From Patescibacteria group bacterium (GTDB lineage: Bacteria; Patescibacteriota; Gracilibacteria; JAHISY01), in NCBI GenBank assembly GCA_041665585.1, contig JBAYIN010000002.1, positions 34,869-98,868 on the forward strand: 64,000 nucleotides of DNA, given 5' to 3'. Numbering within the stretch: position 1 is the stretch's first letter; every line of letters starts with the position of its first letter. The notes below the pieces were generated by a model, which was not told the DNA's origin, searched no databases, and saw only the letters and a program-made list of their open reading frames with translations. The position numbers and the translations under genes were made by a program. Of this stretch, positions 1-9,255 are shown piece by piece.

Positions 1-152
1 TCGATCCGAATATGGAATGGACCATCGACAAAAATAAGTTCGCGTCCAAAGGACGCAACACGCCATTTCACGGCCGCAAAGTTTTTGGCAAGGCGACCGA
101 TGTCTTGGTCGGCGGCGCACTGATGGTGCGCAAAGGTGAGCTGCAAAAATGA
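1..152 (+). CDS. pyrC: dihydroorotase-like cyclic amidohydrolase, C-terminal fragment (runs off window start)
   Basis: Frame from nt 3 reads DPNMEWTIDKNKFASKGRNTPFHGRKVFGKATDVLVGGALMVRKGELQK*. The S-K-x-x-NTPF-x-G motif is typical of dihydroorotase C-termini. The TGA stop overlaps the next ATG (ATGA). Confidence 0.5.
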   Translation, partial: DPNMEWTIDKNKFASKGRNTPFHGRKVFGKATDVLVGGALMVRKGELQK

Positions 153-883
153 TTGAGTCGCTTGCGTTTTTCGCAATCGCTTTTTGCGGCGGTCTCGTCG
201 CCGTCCCGGTCGGCGGCACTTTTTTGTTTGTCGTGCCGAGCTTTTTATTCCTCGGATTGAATGGACTCGAGACACTCCTGCTCTCCCGCATTTACGCGCT
301 CGCGGCAGCCGCGAGTGGTAGCTCGTATTTTTTGAAAAATCACCGGACTGAATTTGATTGGCGTACTATCGCCAAATTTTTGGCAGGCAATATCCTCGGC
401 TACGCGCTCGCTGCCAAAATCGCGACTTCGCTCGATGTCGGATTTTTGACGAAAATCATACCCTTCGTCTTGCTCGCTGGCGCAGTGCTTCTACTGAAAG
501 ATTGGAAAATCGAAAAACTCCACCACCGAAAAATTTTCCAGAGAATCCTGCCCACAATCGGATTTCTGTTCGGACTTTACGGCGGACTCGGCGGCGCGAC
601 CAGCAATATGATTATTTTGGTTTTGACGCTCGCGCTCAATTTCAGTCTGCACCGCGCCATCGTCAATACGCGCCTGATCGAAGTCGTCGGCGGCGTTGTC
701 GTCGTCGCGAGCTACTTATTTTTCGGCGCGAAATTCACAGGCTTCGAGCTTCCGGTCATCGCGGGCGCAGTACTCGGGGGATTGCTCGGCGCACACTTAA
801 CTTTCAAAACAAAACCAACCTGGCTCAAAAAAGCTTTCTTAATCTTGGTTGTACTCGCTGCGATTAAGACGCTATTCTTCTAG
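149..883 (+). CDS. TSUP/TauE-SafE family anion-export membrane protein
   Basis: 244-aa polytopic hydrophobic ORF with Gly-rich helices (AFCGGLVAVPVGG..., GLYGGLGGATSN), as in the sulfite-exporter TauE/SafE family. Confidence 0.7.
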   Translation: MIESLAFFAIAFCGGLVAVPVGGTFLFVVPSFLFLGLNGLETLLLSRIYALAAAASGSSYFLKNHRTEFDWRTIAKFLAGNILGYALAAKIATSLDVGFLTKIIPFVLLAGAVLLLKDWKIEKLHHRKIFQRILPTIGFLFGLYGGLGGATSNMIILVLTLALNFSLHRAIVNTRLIEVVGGVVVVASYLFFGAKFTGFELPVIAGAVLGGLLGAHLTFKTKPTWLKKAFLILVVLAAIKTLFF

Positions 884-1004
884 CGCAAAGCTCGAAACTA
901 ATTCGAGTTTGAGCTGTGAAAAATTTTAATTTTTATCCGTCCCGTTTTTAACCTATTTTTAAACCCGGAATTAATTCCGGAGTTAGGAGTGCTGGCGGTA
1001 GAGT

Positions 1005-1100
1005 AATGAACGACTCAACAACCCTCCGAACCTAGTGACCAATGACCCCCGAACCCAAAGACTGAAAGACTGAATGACTCAACCACTTAATGACTATGTT
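1005..1100. repeat. stop-rich ATGACTCAA / GACCCTCCGAACCT repeat block, copy 1
   Basis: Short motifs (atgactc, aagact) plus the core accctccgaacct, also present twice at 56429-56532. Lies directly 3' of rpsE. Confidence 0.7.
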
Positions 1101-1104
1101 CCAG

Positions 1105-1800
1105 CTAGGCTTTCTGCTCGATTTCAGTCTCGAGGCGACCTTTCTCTTTCTCGACTTTTTTCGCAGCTACTTTCAAATCACTCGGCGCTCTCTTCGCATC
1201 ATCTTTGCGCGGGGGGCGACGGCGACCGACTTTTTCGGAACCTTTTTGCGCCGCTTGGCGTTTCTTCTTCTCGTCGTCTTTTTGTCTTTTTAATTCAGCG
1301 GTGAATTTCTTGGCAGCCTCAGTTAATTTCAATTCACTCAAAATACGCAGCATCGCTTGACCGAGTACGACGCGATTCGTCGTGCCGAAACTTTTGGAAA
1401 GCACATTTTTGACGCCGGCTAATTCGAGCATCTTGCGCACAGCCGAGCCAGCGATGAGACCGGTTCCTGGAGCCGCCGGGATGATCAGGACACGCGCCGC
1501 TTTGTATTTCAATTTGGCAGCGTGCGGAATCGTATCATTCACAATCGGCACTGTAATCAAATTTTTCTTCGCATCAGACGCTGCTTTGCGCGCGGCGATT
1601 TGGACATCGGCGCCTTTTCCGAGACCGATGCCGACACGACCAGCGCGATCACCGATGATGACTGTCGCGCGAAAACGCATGCGGCGACCACCCTTCACGA
1701 CGCGTGTGACACGATCGAGCTGCAACATGTATTCCTCGAATTCTTTTTCTTCGCGCGGACCATGACTGCGGCGTTTGCGTTTGTCATTAGGAGTGTTCAT
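1105..1800 (-). CDS. rpsE: 30S ribosomal protein S5 (uS5) with a long basic C-terminal tail
   Basis: Core RVTRVVKGGRRMRF...GIGLGKG...PAAPGTGLIAG. Follows rplR. About 65 extra Lys/Ala/Glu-rich C-terminal residues. Confidence 0.95.
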   Translation of the reverse strand: MNTPNDKRKRRSHGPREEKEFEEYMLQLDRVTRVVKGGRRMRFRATVIIGDRAGRVGIGLGKGADVQIAARKAASDAKKNLITVPIVNDTIPHAAKLKYKAARVLIIPAAPGTGLIAGSAVRKMLELAGVKNVLSKSFGTTNRVVLGQAMLRILSELKLTEAAKKFTAELKRQKDDEKKKRQAAQKGSEKVGRRRPPRKDDAKRAPSDLKVAAKKVEKEKGRLETEIEQKA

Positions 1801-1847
1801 TGAGAGTTGATAGTTAGTAGTTGGTAGTTCTTAGAATTGCTTTCTAA

Positions 1848-2195
1848 TTAAAATTTCAGACCGGCAGCACGCGCGGCATCAGCGAGAATCTTGACACGAC
1901 CGGAGTAGAGGAATCCGCCGCGATCGAAAACAACCGCTTCGATTTTGGCAGCTTGTGCAGCCGTCGCGACCAATTTGCCGACTTCCGCCGCCTTCTCAGC
2001 TTTCGTGCCTTTTTTAATTTTGAGTGAATTCGCGGAAGCGAGCGTCTTGCCCGCAGTGTCGTCGATGATTTGCGCGTAAATCGCGGTCGTCGATTTGAAA
2101 ACGGCGAGACGCGGACGCAGCGCATTGCCATTCACGCGCGCGCGAATGCGGCGTTTGCGGGCAGTGCGGTCGAGTAATTTTTTAGCGGTTTTCAT
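1848..2195 (-). CDS. rplR: 50S ribosomal protein L18 (uL18)
   Basis: 115 aa, ending RLAVFKS...YAQIIDD...[26 protein letters not shown]. Operon position fits. Confidence 0.95.
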   Translation of the reverse strand: MKTAKKLLDRTARKRRIRARVNGNALRPRLAVFKSTTAIYAQIIDDTAGKTLASANSLKIKKGTKAEKAAEVGKLVATAAQAAKIEAVVFDRGGFLYSGRVKILADAARAAGLKF

Positions 2196-2248
2196 TGGAA
2201 TTTTAGATTTAGCTTCTCGCTTGCACGAGAATGAGTGTGCGCATGCGC

Positions 2249-2791
2249 TTATTTAGCAGCCGATTTACCAGCCTTGCGTGGAATGTGTTCGCCAGCGTAA
2301 GCAATACCTTTACCTTTGTAAGGTTCCGGTTTGCGCCACTTGCGAATGTTCGCGGCGACTTCACCGACGAGCTGCTTGTCGATGCCGCGGGTAATGATCG
2401 TATTTTTCTTCACATCGATTTCGAAGTCGATGCCTGCCGGTGCTTTGATCGGAACCGGATGCGAGAAACCAAGCTGCAGTTCGAGATCTCGACCTTTCGC
2501 CGCGACTTTGTAGCCGACACCCGTGATGATTAATTTTTTCTCGAAGCCTTTCGTCACGCCCTCGACCATGTTCGCGAGCAAAGTGCGTGTCAGTCCCCAG
2601 AGCGCGCGCGCTTCTTTCGAGTCATTTTTCGGAGTGACGACAATCGTCTCGCCGTCTTTTTTAATTTCGACGAGCGCGTTGAAGCTCTGCTTCAATTCGC
2701 CTTTGGGTCCTTTGATTTTCGCGGAATTTCCGGAAATCTCAGCGGTGACACCGGCTGGAATGGGGACGGGATTTTTGCCAATTCGACTCAT
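2249..2791 (-). CDS. rplF: 50S ribosomal protein L6 (uL6)
   Basis: [15 protein letters not shown]... is a typical uL6 N-terminus. I chose the ATG at 2791 because the ORF-track start at 2830 would overlap rpsH. Confidence 0.9.
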   Translation of the reverse strand: MSRIGKNPVPIPAGVTAEISGNSAKIKGPKGELKQSFNALVEIKKDGETIVVTPKNDSKEARALWGLTRTLLANMVEGVTKGFEKKLIITGVGYKVAAKGRDLELQLGFSHPVPIKAPAGIDFEIDVKKNTIITRGIDKQLVGEVAANIRKWRKPEPYKGKGIAYAGEHIPRKAGKSAAK

Positions 2792-2804
2792 TTTAAGTTT
2801 GGAA

Positions 2805-3185
2805 TTAATAAATTTCGCAGATGACTTCACCCCCGAGTTTCTTTTGGTGCGCCTCTTTATTCGTGAGAAATCCAGCCGAAGTCGAAATCACCGCGATGCC
2901 GAGACCATTTAAGACTGGTTTGATTTCGGTTGATTTGACATAGACGCGGCGACCCGGTTTCGAGACGCGATTGAATTGAAATGCGCCGCCTTTCTTGAGG
3001 CTCACTTCGAGGATTGGAAATTTCTCGGAAGTGTTTTCTTCGATTTTCCCGACAAATTCACTCGCCTCGAGCACTTTCAAAATCGCGAGTTTTTGCTTCG
3101 AATGGGGAACGCGCACGACTTCCTTACGCGCGTTTTGCGCGTTGCGGATTCGCGTGAGCATGTCGGCAATTGGATCGGTTATCAT
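2805..3185 (-). CDS. rpsH: 30S ribosomal protein S8 (uS8)
   Basis: MITDPIADMLTRIRNA... is the canonical uS8 N-terminus. Confidence 0.95.
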   Translation of the reverse strand: MITDPIADMLTRIRNAQNARKEVVRVPHSKQKLAILKVLEASEFVGKIEENTSEKFPILEVSLKKGGAFQFNRVSKPGRRVYVKSTEIKPVLNGLGIAVISTSAGFLTNKEAHQKKLGGEVICEIY

Positions 3186-3290
3186 AATTTTTTAAGTATT
3201 AATTCATAAGCCCTAAAATTTTTTGTGATTTATGAATTGTGGGATAAATTTTTTAGTTAATTATTTATGACTTAATATTTAAGACTTAAT

Positions 3291-3515
3291 CTACCAGCTC
3301 GCTTTTTTGACTCCGACGATTTCCCCGCGCGAAGCCAATTCGCGGAAACAGATTCGGCACATTTGGAAGCGGCGCATGTAGCTACGATTGCGTCCGCAAA
3401 TGCGGCAGCGATTCACGACGCGAGTTGCTTTTTTGGGTTTCACACCCGCAGCCAGCGCATTGGCGACTTTGCGTTTGAAGCGGGCAGCTTTGACGATGGA
3501 TGAAGTTTTAGCCAT
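3291..3515 (-). CDS. rpsN: 30S ribosomal protein S14 (uS14), zinc-ribbon type
   Basis: 74 aa with CRICGR...CRICFRELA...G..KASW. Lies between rplE and rpsH. Confidence 0.9.
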   Translation of the reverse strand: MAKTSSIVKAARFKRKVANALAAGVKPKKATRVVNRCRICGRNRSYMRRFQMCRICFRELASRGEIVGVKKASW

Positions 3516-3529
3516 TTGGAATTAAAAAA

Positions 3530-4267
3530 TTATTTTTTAGCTTTTTCGGCTACCGGGGCAGGAGCTACTGGAGCCGGTTCGACTTTCGGTTTTTCTTCTT
3601 TGAATAATCCCGCTGCCTTCGCTGCCTCCGCCGCCGCTTTTTGCGCGTCAGCTAAAGCTTTTTTGGCAGCATCTTCAGCCGCATCAGATTTGGAAGTGTC
3701 TTTCTGGAAAGGAAAACCGAGCGCGGTGAGTAGTGCCTTGGCATCGGAATCCGAACGCGCCGTCGTGCAAACTGTGATTTCGAGACCGTGCACGAATTCG
3801 GCGTCCTCTGGTCGCACCTCAGGAAAAACGGTGAAATCCTTGAGTCCGAGCGAATAGTTGCCGTTGCCGTCGAAACTTTTGAGCGGGATACCACGGAAAT
3901 CGCGGACGCGGGGGAGCGCGACATTCACTAATTTGGAAATGAAGTCGAGCGCACGGGGGCCGCGCAGCGTGACCGAGAGACCGATTGGCATGCCTTCGCG
4001 CAATTTGAAATTCGAAATCGCTTTCTTCGAAAGATGTGTGCGCGCTTTCTGATTCGTGATGGTCGCAAGATTCTTCGCGACTTTCGCGAGAATTGTCTCG
4101 TCCATCGAGTTCGACGAACCACCTTTGCGCGCGAGCTTGCCGACACCGACCGAGACTTTTACTTTGTCGATGTGGGGAATCGCATGAATATTTTTCGCGC
4201 CGATTTTCTTACCGACGGCGGGCAAAATTTCAGTTTTGACGATTGCGGCTAAATCAAATGCTTTCAT
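3530..4267 (-). CDS. rplE: 50S ribosomal protein L5 (uL5) with an Ala/Lys/Glu/Pro-rich C-terminal tail
   Basis: Core FKLREGMPIGLSVTLRG...LPRVRDFRG. 245 aa against roughly 180 typical. Confidence 0.93.
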   Translation of the reverse strand: MKAFDLAAIVKTEILPAVGKKIGAKNIHAIPHIDKVKVSVGVGKLARKGGSSNSMDETILAKVAKNLATITNQKARTHLSKKAISNFKLREGMPIGLSVTLRGPRALDFISKLVNVALPRVRDFRGIPLKSFDGNGNYSLGLKDFTVFPEVRPEDAEFVHGLEITVCTTARSDSDAKALLTALGFPFQKDTSKSDAAEDAAKKALADAQKAAAEAAKAAGLFKEEKPKVEPAPVAPAPVAEKAKK

Positions 4268-4596
4268 TGTTTGGAGATTTTCGGGTTAATAATGCCTTCG
4301 TTGCATTTTTTGCAGAAGCGCGTTTTTTTGCCGTTGGCGAGAATACGATAACCGACGCGTGCCGGCTTCTTGCAGTGCGGGCAGATGATTTTGACATTCG
4401 AGACATCAATCGGTTTCTCGAATTTCACGATCTGACCAGGCGTACCGTCGGCGCGTTTTTTGATGTGCTTCGTCACGATGTTGACTTTTTCGACGATGAC
4501 TTTGCCTTCTTTCGGAATTGCGCGCATCACTTTGCCAGTTTTACCCTTGTATTTACCGGCGATGACTTGGACGAGATCGGAGGAGAGAATTTTCAT
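4264..4596 (-). CDS. rplX: 50S ribosomal protein L24 (uL24)
   Basis: KOW-type N-terminus (DLVQVIAGKYKGKTGKV) and a CxxC...CxxC C-terminal part. 4-nt overlap with rplE. Confidence 0.9.
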   Translation of the reverse strand: MKILSSDLVQVIAGKYKGKTGKVMRAIPKEGKVIVEKVNIVTKHIKKRADGTPGQIVKFEKPIDVSNVKIICPHCKKPARVGYRILANGKKTRFCKKCNEGIINPKISKQ

Positions 4597-4624
4597 TGCG
4601 GAATTATGATTTAAAATTTAGGAC

Positions 4625-4993
4625 CTAGAGAACATCCGGAGCTTGGGAAATAATTTTCTGGTAGCCTTTTTCACGCAGTTCGCGCGCAATCGGTCCGAAG
4701 ACGCGGGTACCTTTCGGTTCGCCCTTCTCGTCGATGATCACGACCGCATTTTCATCGAAGCGCAGTGCGCTGCCATCTTTGCGGCGAATCGTATTTTTGG
4801 TGCGGACGATCACCGCTTTTTGAATGCTTTTTCTTTTGGCAATCGCTTTGGGTGTGGCTTCTTTGACCGAGACGACGATCACATCACCGATATGTGCGTA
4901 GCGTCTGTGGCTGCCGCCCAAGACTTTGAAGCATTGCACTAGTTTCGCACCAGTGTTGTCAGCGACTTCGAGAAAAGTTTCATTTTGGATCAT
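4625..4993 (-). CDS. rplN: 50S ribosomal protein L14 (uL14)
   Basis: [17 protein letters not shown]... is canonical uL14; 122 aa. Confidence 0.95.
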   Translation of the reverse strand: MIQNETFLEVADNTGAKLVQCFKVLGGSHRRYAHIGDVIVVSVKEATPKAIAKRKSIQKAVIVRTKNTIRRKDGSALRFDENAVVIIDEKGEPKGTRVFGPIARELREKGYQKIISQAPDVL

Positions 4994-5358
4994 TTGGCTG
5001 TGGCAGAATTATTTTCCGATTTAGCTTTTTCGATTTTCGGAGCAGTTTTTTCTTTGGCGACCGACTCTTTCAGTTCGCGCTCGGAGGCGCTCTCGACGGC
5101 AGCGGGCTGGTCGACCACTTTCGCATTCTTGGAAATGATTTTCACGAGCTTCCAATTCTTCAGCTTCGAGAGGGGAATCGACTCGATGATTTCCACGACA
5201 TCGCCGACTTCGGCTTCGTTCTTCTCGTCGTGAGCATGGAATTTTTTCGAGACGCGGTAATTCTTCTTGTAAATCGGATGGCTCACCTCACGATCGACAC
5301 GGACGACGATCGTTTTCTGGTTGGCGTTCGAGATGACGATGCCTGTTTTGCTACGCAT
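4990..5358 (-). CDS. rpsQ: 30S ribosomal protein S17 (uS17) with a C-terminal tail
   Basis: [27 protein letters not shown]...HAHDE core, plus about 40 extra residues. Confidence 0.92.
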   Translation of the reverse strand: MRSKTGIVISNANQKTIVVRVDREVSHPIYKKNYRVSKKFHAHDEKNEAEVGDVVEIIESIPLSKLKNWKLVKIISKNAKVVDQPAAVESASERELKESVAKEKTAPKIEKAKSENNSATAK

Positions 5359-5368
5359 TTAAATAAGA

Positions 5369-5782
5369 TTATTTTTCAGATTTTTTAAAAAGTCCTTTCG
5401 GTTCGACTTTTTTGACTTTCACATCTTTGTTGGATTTGGCTTCGATTTTTTCTGCTTCGGTTGCTTCAGCTTTTTCCGCCTTTTTCGGAGCAGCTTTTTC
5501 TTTCTTGGTTGTTTGCTTTTTCTCGATCTCAGCTGAAAATTCTTTGGCTTTCTTACCGACCGCGTCGGAGGTCTTTTCGACTTTGTCGCCGAATTTGGTG
5601 CGGCGAGCTGCTTCCGTCAGAAGCTGGGCGAGATATTTTTTGAGGATTTTGATGAGATGCAAATCTTTCAAATGATTCGTTCTCACGCCCATTTTTTGGC
5701 GGAAAAGTGTGTCGCGCGTGCGCGTCACTTCCTCGTGGAGATCACGATCGGAGAGTTGCGCGATTTCAGAAAATGTCAGCAT
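5369..5782 (-). CDS. rpmC: 50S ribosomal protein L29 (uL29) with a long Lys/Glu/Ala tail
   Basis: The N-terminal 65 aa resemble uL29 (LSDRDLHEEV...LFRQKMG). 137 aa in total. Confidence 0.88.
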   Translation of the reverse strand: MLTFSEIAQLSDRDLHEEVTRTRDTLFRQKMGVRTNHLKDLHLIKILKKYLAQLLTEAARRTKFGDKVEKTSDAVGKKAKEFSAEIEKKQTTKKEKAAPKKAEKAEATEAEKIEAKSNKDVKVKKVEPKGLFKKSEK

Positions 5783-5783
5783 T

Positions 5784-6203
5784 TTATTCGTGTTCTTTGG
5801 TTACAAATTTAGTCTTGACCGGGAACTTGTGGGAAGCGAGTTCGAAGGCTTCACGGGCTTGCTCGACTGTCACACCTTCGAGTTCGAAGACGACCGTGCC
5901 GGCTTTGAGCGCCGCGACATAATATTCGACTGAACCTTTTCCCGAGCCCATCGGCACTTCCGCCGCTTTCTGTGTAATTGGTTTGTGAGGGAAGACGCGA
6001 ATCCAGAGCTTGCCACCGCGTTTCAGATAGCGTTGAATCGCACGGCGCGCGGCTTCGATTTGGCGGGAGGTGAGCTCACTGCGCTCGACGATCTTCATGC
6101 CGAATGATCCGAATGCGACGCGACTACCACGCACGGCGACGCCTTTGAGCGAGCCGCGATTGCGGTGCCATTTTCGAAATTTAGTCTTTTTAGGAAATAA
6201 CAT
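5784..6203 (-). CDS. rplP: 50S ribosomal protein L16 (uL16)
   Basis: [17 protein letters not shown]... is canonical uL16. Confidence 0.95.
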   Translation of the reverse strand: MLFPKKTKFRKWHRNRGSLKGVAVRGSRVAFGSFGMKIVERSELTSRQIEAARRAIQRYLKRGGKLWIRVFPHKPITQKAAEVPMGSGKGSVEYYVAALKAGTVVFELEGVTVEQAREAFELASHKFPVKTKFVTKEHE

Positions 6204-6211
6204 TTTACAAA

Positions 6212-6961
6212 TTATTTTTTAGCTTCAGTTTCGAGTTCTTCCTCCAGGCGACCTTTGGCTTCTTTCTTGGAAGCGTCTTTGCGCGATTCCGCGAGCCAAT
6301 TTTGGTCGGCTTCTTTTTGGACGGCGGTCGCATCTTTCAGGAAGATTTCTCCGCGGTAAGTCCAGACTTTCACACCAATCTGTCCGTAAGTCGTGCTCGC
6401 CGGGATTTCACCGTAGTCAACATCCGCGCGAATCGTGTGCAGTGGAATGTTGCCTTCTTTGAAAGTTTCTTCACGGGAGATATCAGCACCATTCAGACGA
6501 CCAGCGACGCGAATCTTGATTCCACGCAAACCGCCATCCATGCCTTTTTTGACAGCCTGTTTTGCGACGCGGCGGAATGGCATGCGGCGTTCGATTTGAT
6601 TCGCGACCGACTCGGCGATTAATTGGGCGACTGTATCCGGCTTGGCGACTTCGATGATGTTGATTTCGATTTTGTCGCCGAATTGCTGTGCAATGTCGTT
6701 CTTCAATTCTTCCAAAGCCGCACCAGCCCGACCGATGACCATGCCCGGCTTCGAGCTGTGGACATTGACTTTGACATGTCCGGAGCTGCGCTCAATCTCG
6801 ATCTCGCCGACACCCGACTCCTTCAAGCGTTCTTTGATCGCCTTGCGCAGCGTGATGTCGCGGTGAAGCAAGTTCACATAGTTCTTTTTCGAGAACCAGC
6901 GCGAGCTCCACGATCTGATCGTGCCGAGCCGAAACGATTTTGGATTAACTTTCTGACCCAC
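6212..6961 (-). CDS. rpsC: 30S ribosomal protein S3 (uS3) with an acidic/basic C-terminal tail
   Basis: [12 protein letters not shown]...KH-domain core. GTG start. Confidence 0.95.
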   Translation of the reverse strand: MGQKVNPKSFRLGTIRSWSSRWFSKKNYVNLLHRDITLRKAIKERLKESGVGEIEIERSSGHVKVNVHSSKPGMVIGRAGAALEELKNDIAQQFGDKIEINIIEVAKPDTVAQLIAESVANQIERRMPFRRVAKQAVKKGMDGGLRGIKIRVAGRLNGADISREETFKEGNIPLHTIRADVDYGEIPASTTYGQIGVKVWTYRGEIFLKDATAVQKEADQNWLAESRKDASKKEAKGRLEEELETEAKK

Positions 6962-7013
6962 AGTTTAAGGATTAAGAAGTAAGAAGTAAGAATTAAGAAT
7001 TAAGGACTAAGAA
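6962..7013. repeat. (TAAGRA)n hexamer microsatellite spacer
   Basis: taaggattaagaagtaagaagtaagaattaagaattaaggactaagaa fills the whole rplV-rpsC spacer. Its orientation is opposite to the arrays at 7461 and 8790. Confidence 0.85.
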
Positions 7014-7460
7014 TTAAGAATTTACTGGTTCTGCTTTTTCAATTTTTTCTGCCACCTTTTTAGCTTTCGGCTTCGCAACTTTCGCGTCGCTCTTTTTAGC
7101 TTTTACCTTTTCGTTTTTACCTTCTGCGGCAGCGACGACCGGGGAGAGCTCGACGAGCAGGCGGGAACTGCGTTTCAGAATCGGATGCCAGCGACCTTTC
7201 GAGACTGGCAAACCGCGTTTCAGTGTCATGCCCGCATCGACGGAGAGTTTCGAAATCATCAGGTTTTCACGGTCTTGTTTGAAATTGTTTTCCGCATTCG
7301 CGGCAGCCGAAGCGATCAATTTGGCGATGATCGGCGCACTGCGTTTCGGCGTGAATTTCAGAATCGTGAGCGCTTCGTTGACTTTTTTACCGCGGACGAG
7401 CGCAGCGACAACATTCACTTTCTTGGGAGAAATGCGGGTCTGGCGGAGGTAGGCTTTCAT
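7014..7460 (-). CDS. rplV: 50S ribosomal protein L22 (uL22) with a Lys/Ala tail
   Basis: LRQTRISPKKVNVVAALVRGK... is a typical uL22 start. Confidence 0.93.
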   Translation of the reverse strand: MKAYLRQTRISPKKVNVVAALVRGKKVNEALTILKFTPKRSAPIIAKLIASAAANAENNFKQDRENLMISKLSVDAGMTLKRGLPVSKGRWHPILKRSSRLLVELSPVVAAAEGKNEKVKAKKSDAKVAKPKAKKVAEKIEKAEPVNS

Positions 7461-7547
7461 TTAAATTTAAACTTAATTCTTATAACTTACTTCTTACTAG
7501 CTTAATCCTTACTTCTTATTTCTTACTAACTTAATCCTTAATCCTTC
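7461..7547. repeat. (CTTAMT/CTTACT)n microsatellite spacer
   Basis: cttaattcttataacttacttcttactagcttaatccttacttcttatttcttactaacttaatccttaatccttc. On the coding strand this reads as TAAGGA/TAAGAA units. Confidence 0.85.
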
Positions 7548-7823
7548 CTAGGATTCTTTGGCTTTTTTACCACCGTGGTGCCGCCATGTGCGGGTTGGTG
7601 AGAATTCACCGAGACGGTGACCAACCATTTGCTCAGTGATGAAGACGGGAAGATGTTGTTTGCCATTGTGGACGGCGAAGGTGAAGCCGACGAATTCCGG
7701 CGGAATGACACAAGCGCGCGACCAAGTCTTGACTGGTTTTTTCTTGGCGTCGGCCGGGAGATTCTGAATTTTCTTCAGAAGCTTCGGGTCGAGGTACGGT
7801 CCTTTTTTGGCGGAGCGGGTCAT
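7548..7823 (-). CDS. rpsS: 30S ribosomal protein S19 (uS19)
   Basis: [18 protein letters not shown]...FAVHNGK...GHRLGEF is canonical. Confidence 0.95.
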   Translation of the reverse strand: MTRSAKKGPYLDPKLLKKIQNLPADAKKKPVKTWSRACVIPPEFVGFTFAVHNGKQHLPVFITEQMVGHRLGEFSPTRTWRHHGGKKAKES

Positions 7824-7861
7824 TTAGAATTGAAAATTTAGAATTGAATATTTTTCACTAT

Positions 7862-7901
7862 TTTCTAACACTATTTACTAACACTAACACTATCCCTAAC
7901 A
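7862..7901. repeat. (CTAACACT)n short tandem motif spacer
   Basis: tctaacactatttactaacactaacactatccctaacactac, between rplB and rpsS. Confidence 0.75.
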
Positions 7902-8759
7902 CTACTTTCTGCGGCGGGAGAATCTTCCCGGTTTGCGGCGTTTGAGAATCAATTTGGCTGAATACTTGTGTTTCTTGCGAGTTTTCACACCGAGTGCGAG
8001 CGCACCCCACGGTGTTTTCGGCGCTTTCATACCAATCGAGTTGCGCGCCTCACCTCCACCATGCGGATGATCGCAAGGGTTCATGACCTTGCCGCGAACT
8101 TGCGGACGACGACCCATGTGGCGCACACGACCAGCTTTGCCGATTCTCTGGTTGGAATGGTCGATGTTTGCCGCGACTCCGATGGTCGCGAAACAAATTT
8201 TTGGGACGAGACGGATTTCAGAAGAGGGGAGTTGGATTTGCGCCATATCTTTATCAGTCGAAACGACTTTGGCACGACTACCCGCGGAGCGAGCCATTTG
8301 CCCGCCTTTTTTTGGTTTCAGCTCGACATTGAAGATTTCGAAACCGGCAGGAATATTTTGAATTTGGCAGCGATTGCCATTTTTAATCTTCGTCTTTTCG
8401 GCAGTCAGCAGCTTGTCACCGACTTTGGAACCGTGCGCTGCGAGGTGGTATCTCTTGTCTCCGTCAGGATAGACGACGAGCGCAATCCACGCTGAGCGAT
8501 TCGGATCGTATTCGAGCGCGGCGATCTTGCCGGGGATGCCGGATTTCGCTGTCTGGTCGAAGTCAATCAAGCGGTAATTGCGTTTTTCTCCACCGCCACG
8601 ATGACGGCAAGTGATGTGACCGAGATTGTTGCGACCGGCTTTTTTGTTCAGGCGCGTAATCAGGCGTTTTTCCGTCGGTTTCTTCGCAAGCACGCTGCGA
8701 TCGACGACACTCATCTGGCGTCGTCCCGCGTCGTTGCGTTTGTAAATTTTGACAGGCAT
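7902..8759 (-). CDS. rplB: 50S ribosomal protein L2 (uL2)
   Basis: 285 aa with GRNN.G.IT.RHRGGG and MNPCDHPHGGGEAR motifs. Confidence 0.96.
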   Translation of the reverse strand: MPVKIYKRNDAGRRQMSVVDRSVLAKKPTEKRLITRLNKKAGRNNLGHITCRHRGGGEKRNYRLIDFDQTAKSGIPGKIAALEYDPNRSAWIALVVYPDGDKRYHLAAHGSKVGDKLLTAEKTKIKNGNRCQIQNIPAGFEIFNVELKPKKGGQMARSAGSRAKVVSTDKDMAQIQLPSSEIRLVPKICFATIGVAANIDHSNQRIGKAGRVRHMGRRPQVRGKVMNPCDHPHGGGEARNSIGMKAPKTPWGALALGVKTRKKHKYSAKLILKRRKPGRFSRRRK

Positions 8760-8789
8760 TGAGTAGTTTCTAGTTTTTAGTTAATAGTT

Positions 8790-8851
8790 TTTAAGTTCTT
8801 ACTTCTTACTTCTTACTCCTTACTAACTTAGTCCTTAATCCTTAATCCTTC
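8790..8851. repeat. (CTTACT/CTTAAT)n microsatellite spacer
   Basis: ttaagttcttacttcttacttcttactccttactaacttagtccttaatccttaatccttc. Its last ~24 nt nearly match the spacer end at 7529-7547. Confidence 0.85.
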
Positions 8852-9145
8852 CTAGGCTTTGATCTTGTTGATATCAATCATCTTCGCACCAACCGTCGTG
8901 ACAATCGCCTTCTTGCCAGCATTGCGTTTCTCGACTTCGCGCCGACCAGCTTTGCGAGTTTTGGGTTGAATTTTGGAAGTGCAGACTGATTTCACTTTCA
9001 CGCCGTAATATTTCTCGACGGCATCAGCGACTTCATTCTTCGTCGCGCCATTTTTGACGATGAAGGAGAATTTGCCGGACTTCTGTCCACCGAAAGATTT
9101 TTCGGTGTCGAGCGGGCGGACGATAATTTCGTGGAGGCGATTCAA
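8852..9145 (-). CDS. rplW: 50S ribosomal protein L23 (uL23)
   Basis: 97 aa (...IVRPLDTEKS...FIV...ATKNEV..AVEKYYGVKV); operon position fits. Confidence 0.92.
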   Translation of the reverse strand: MNRLHEIIVRPLDTEKSFGGQKSGKFSFIVKNGATKNEVADAVEKYYGVKVKSVCTSKIQPKTRKAGRREVEKRNAGKKAIVTTVGAKMIDINKIKA

Positions 9146-9180
9146 GTTAGAATTTAATAATTATGATTTATGATTTAATT

Positions 9181-9255
9181 TGGAGCGGGCGAGCGGAATC
9201 GAACCGCCGTCTCCAGCTTGGAAGGCTGGCATAATAACCATTATACGACGCCCGC
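9181..9255 (-). tRNA. tRNA-Gly (anticodon UCC), CCA encoded
   Basis: Manual cloverleaf. Acceptor stem GCGGGCG/CGCCCGC. Anticodon stem CCAGC/GCTGG with loop CTTCCAA. T-arm GGCGG-TTCGATT-CCGCT. U73, then CCA. The D-stem has 3 bp plus one mismatch. Confidence 0.85.
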
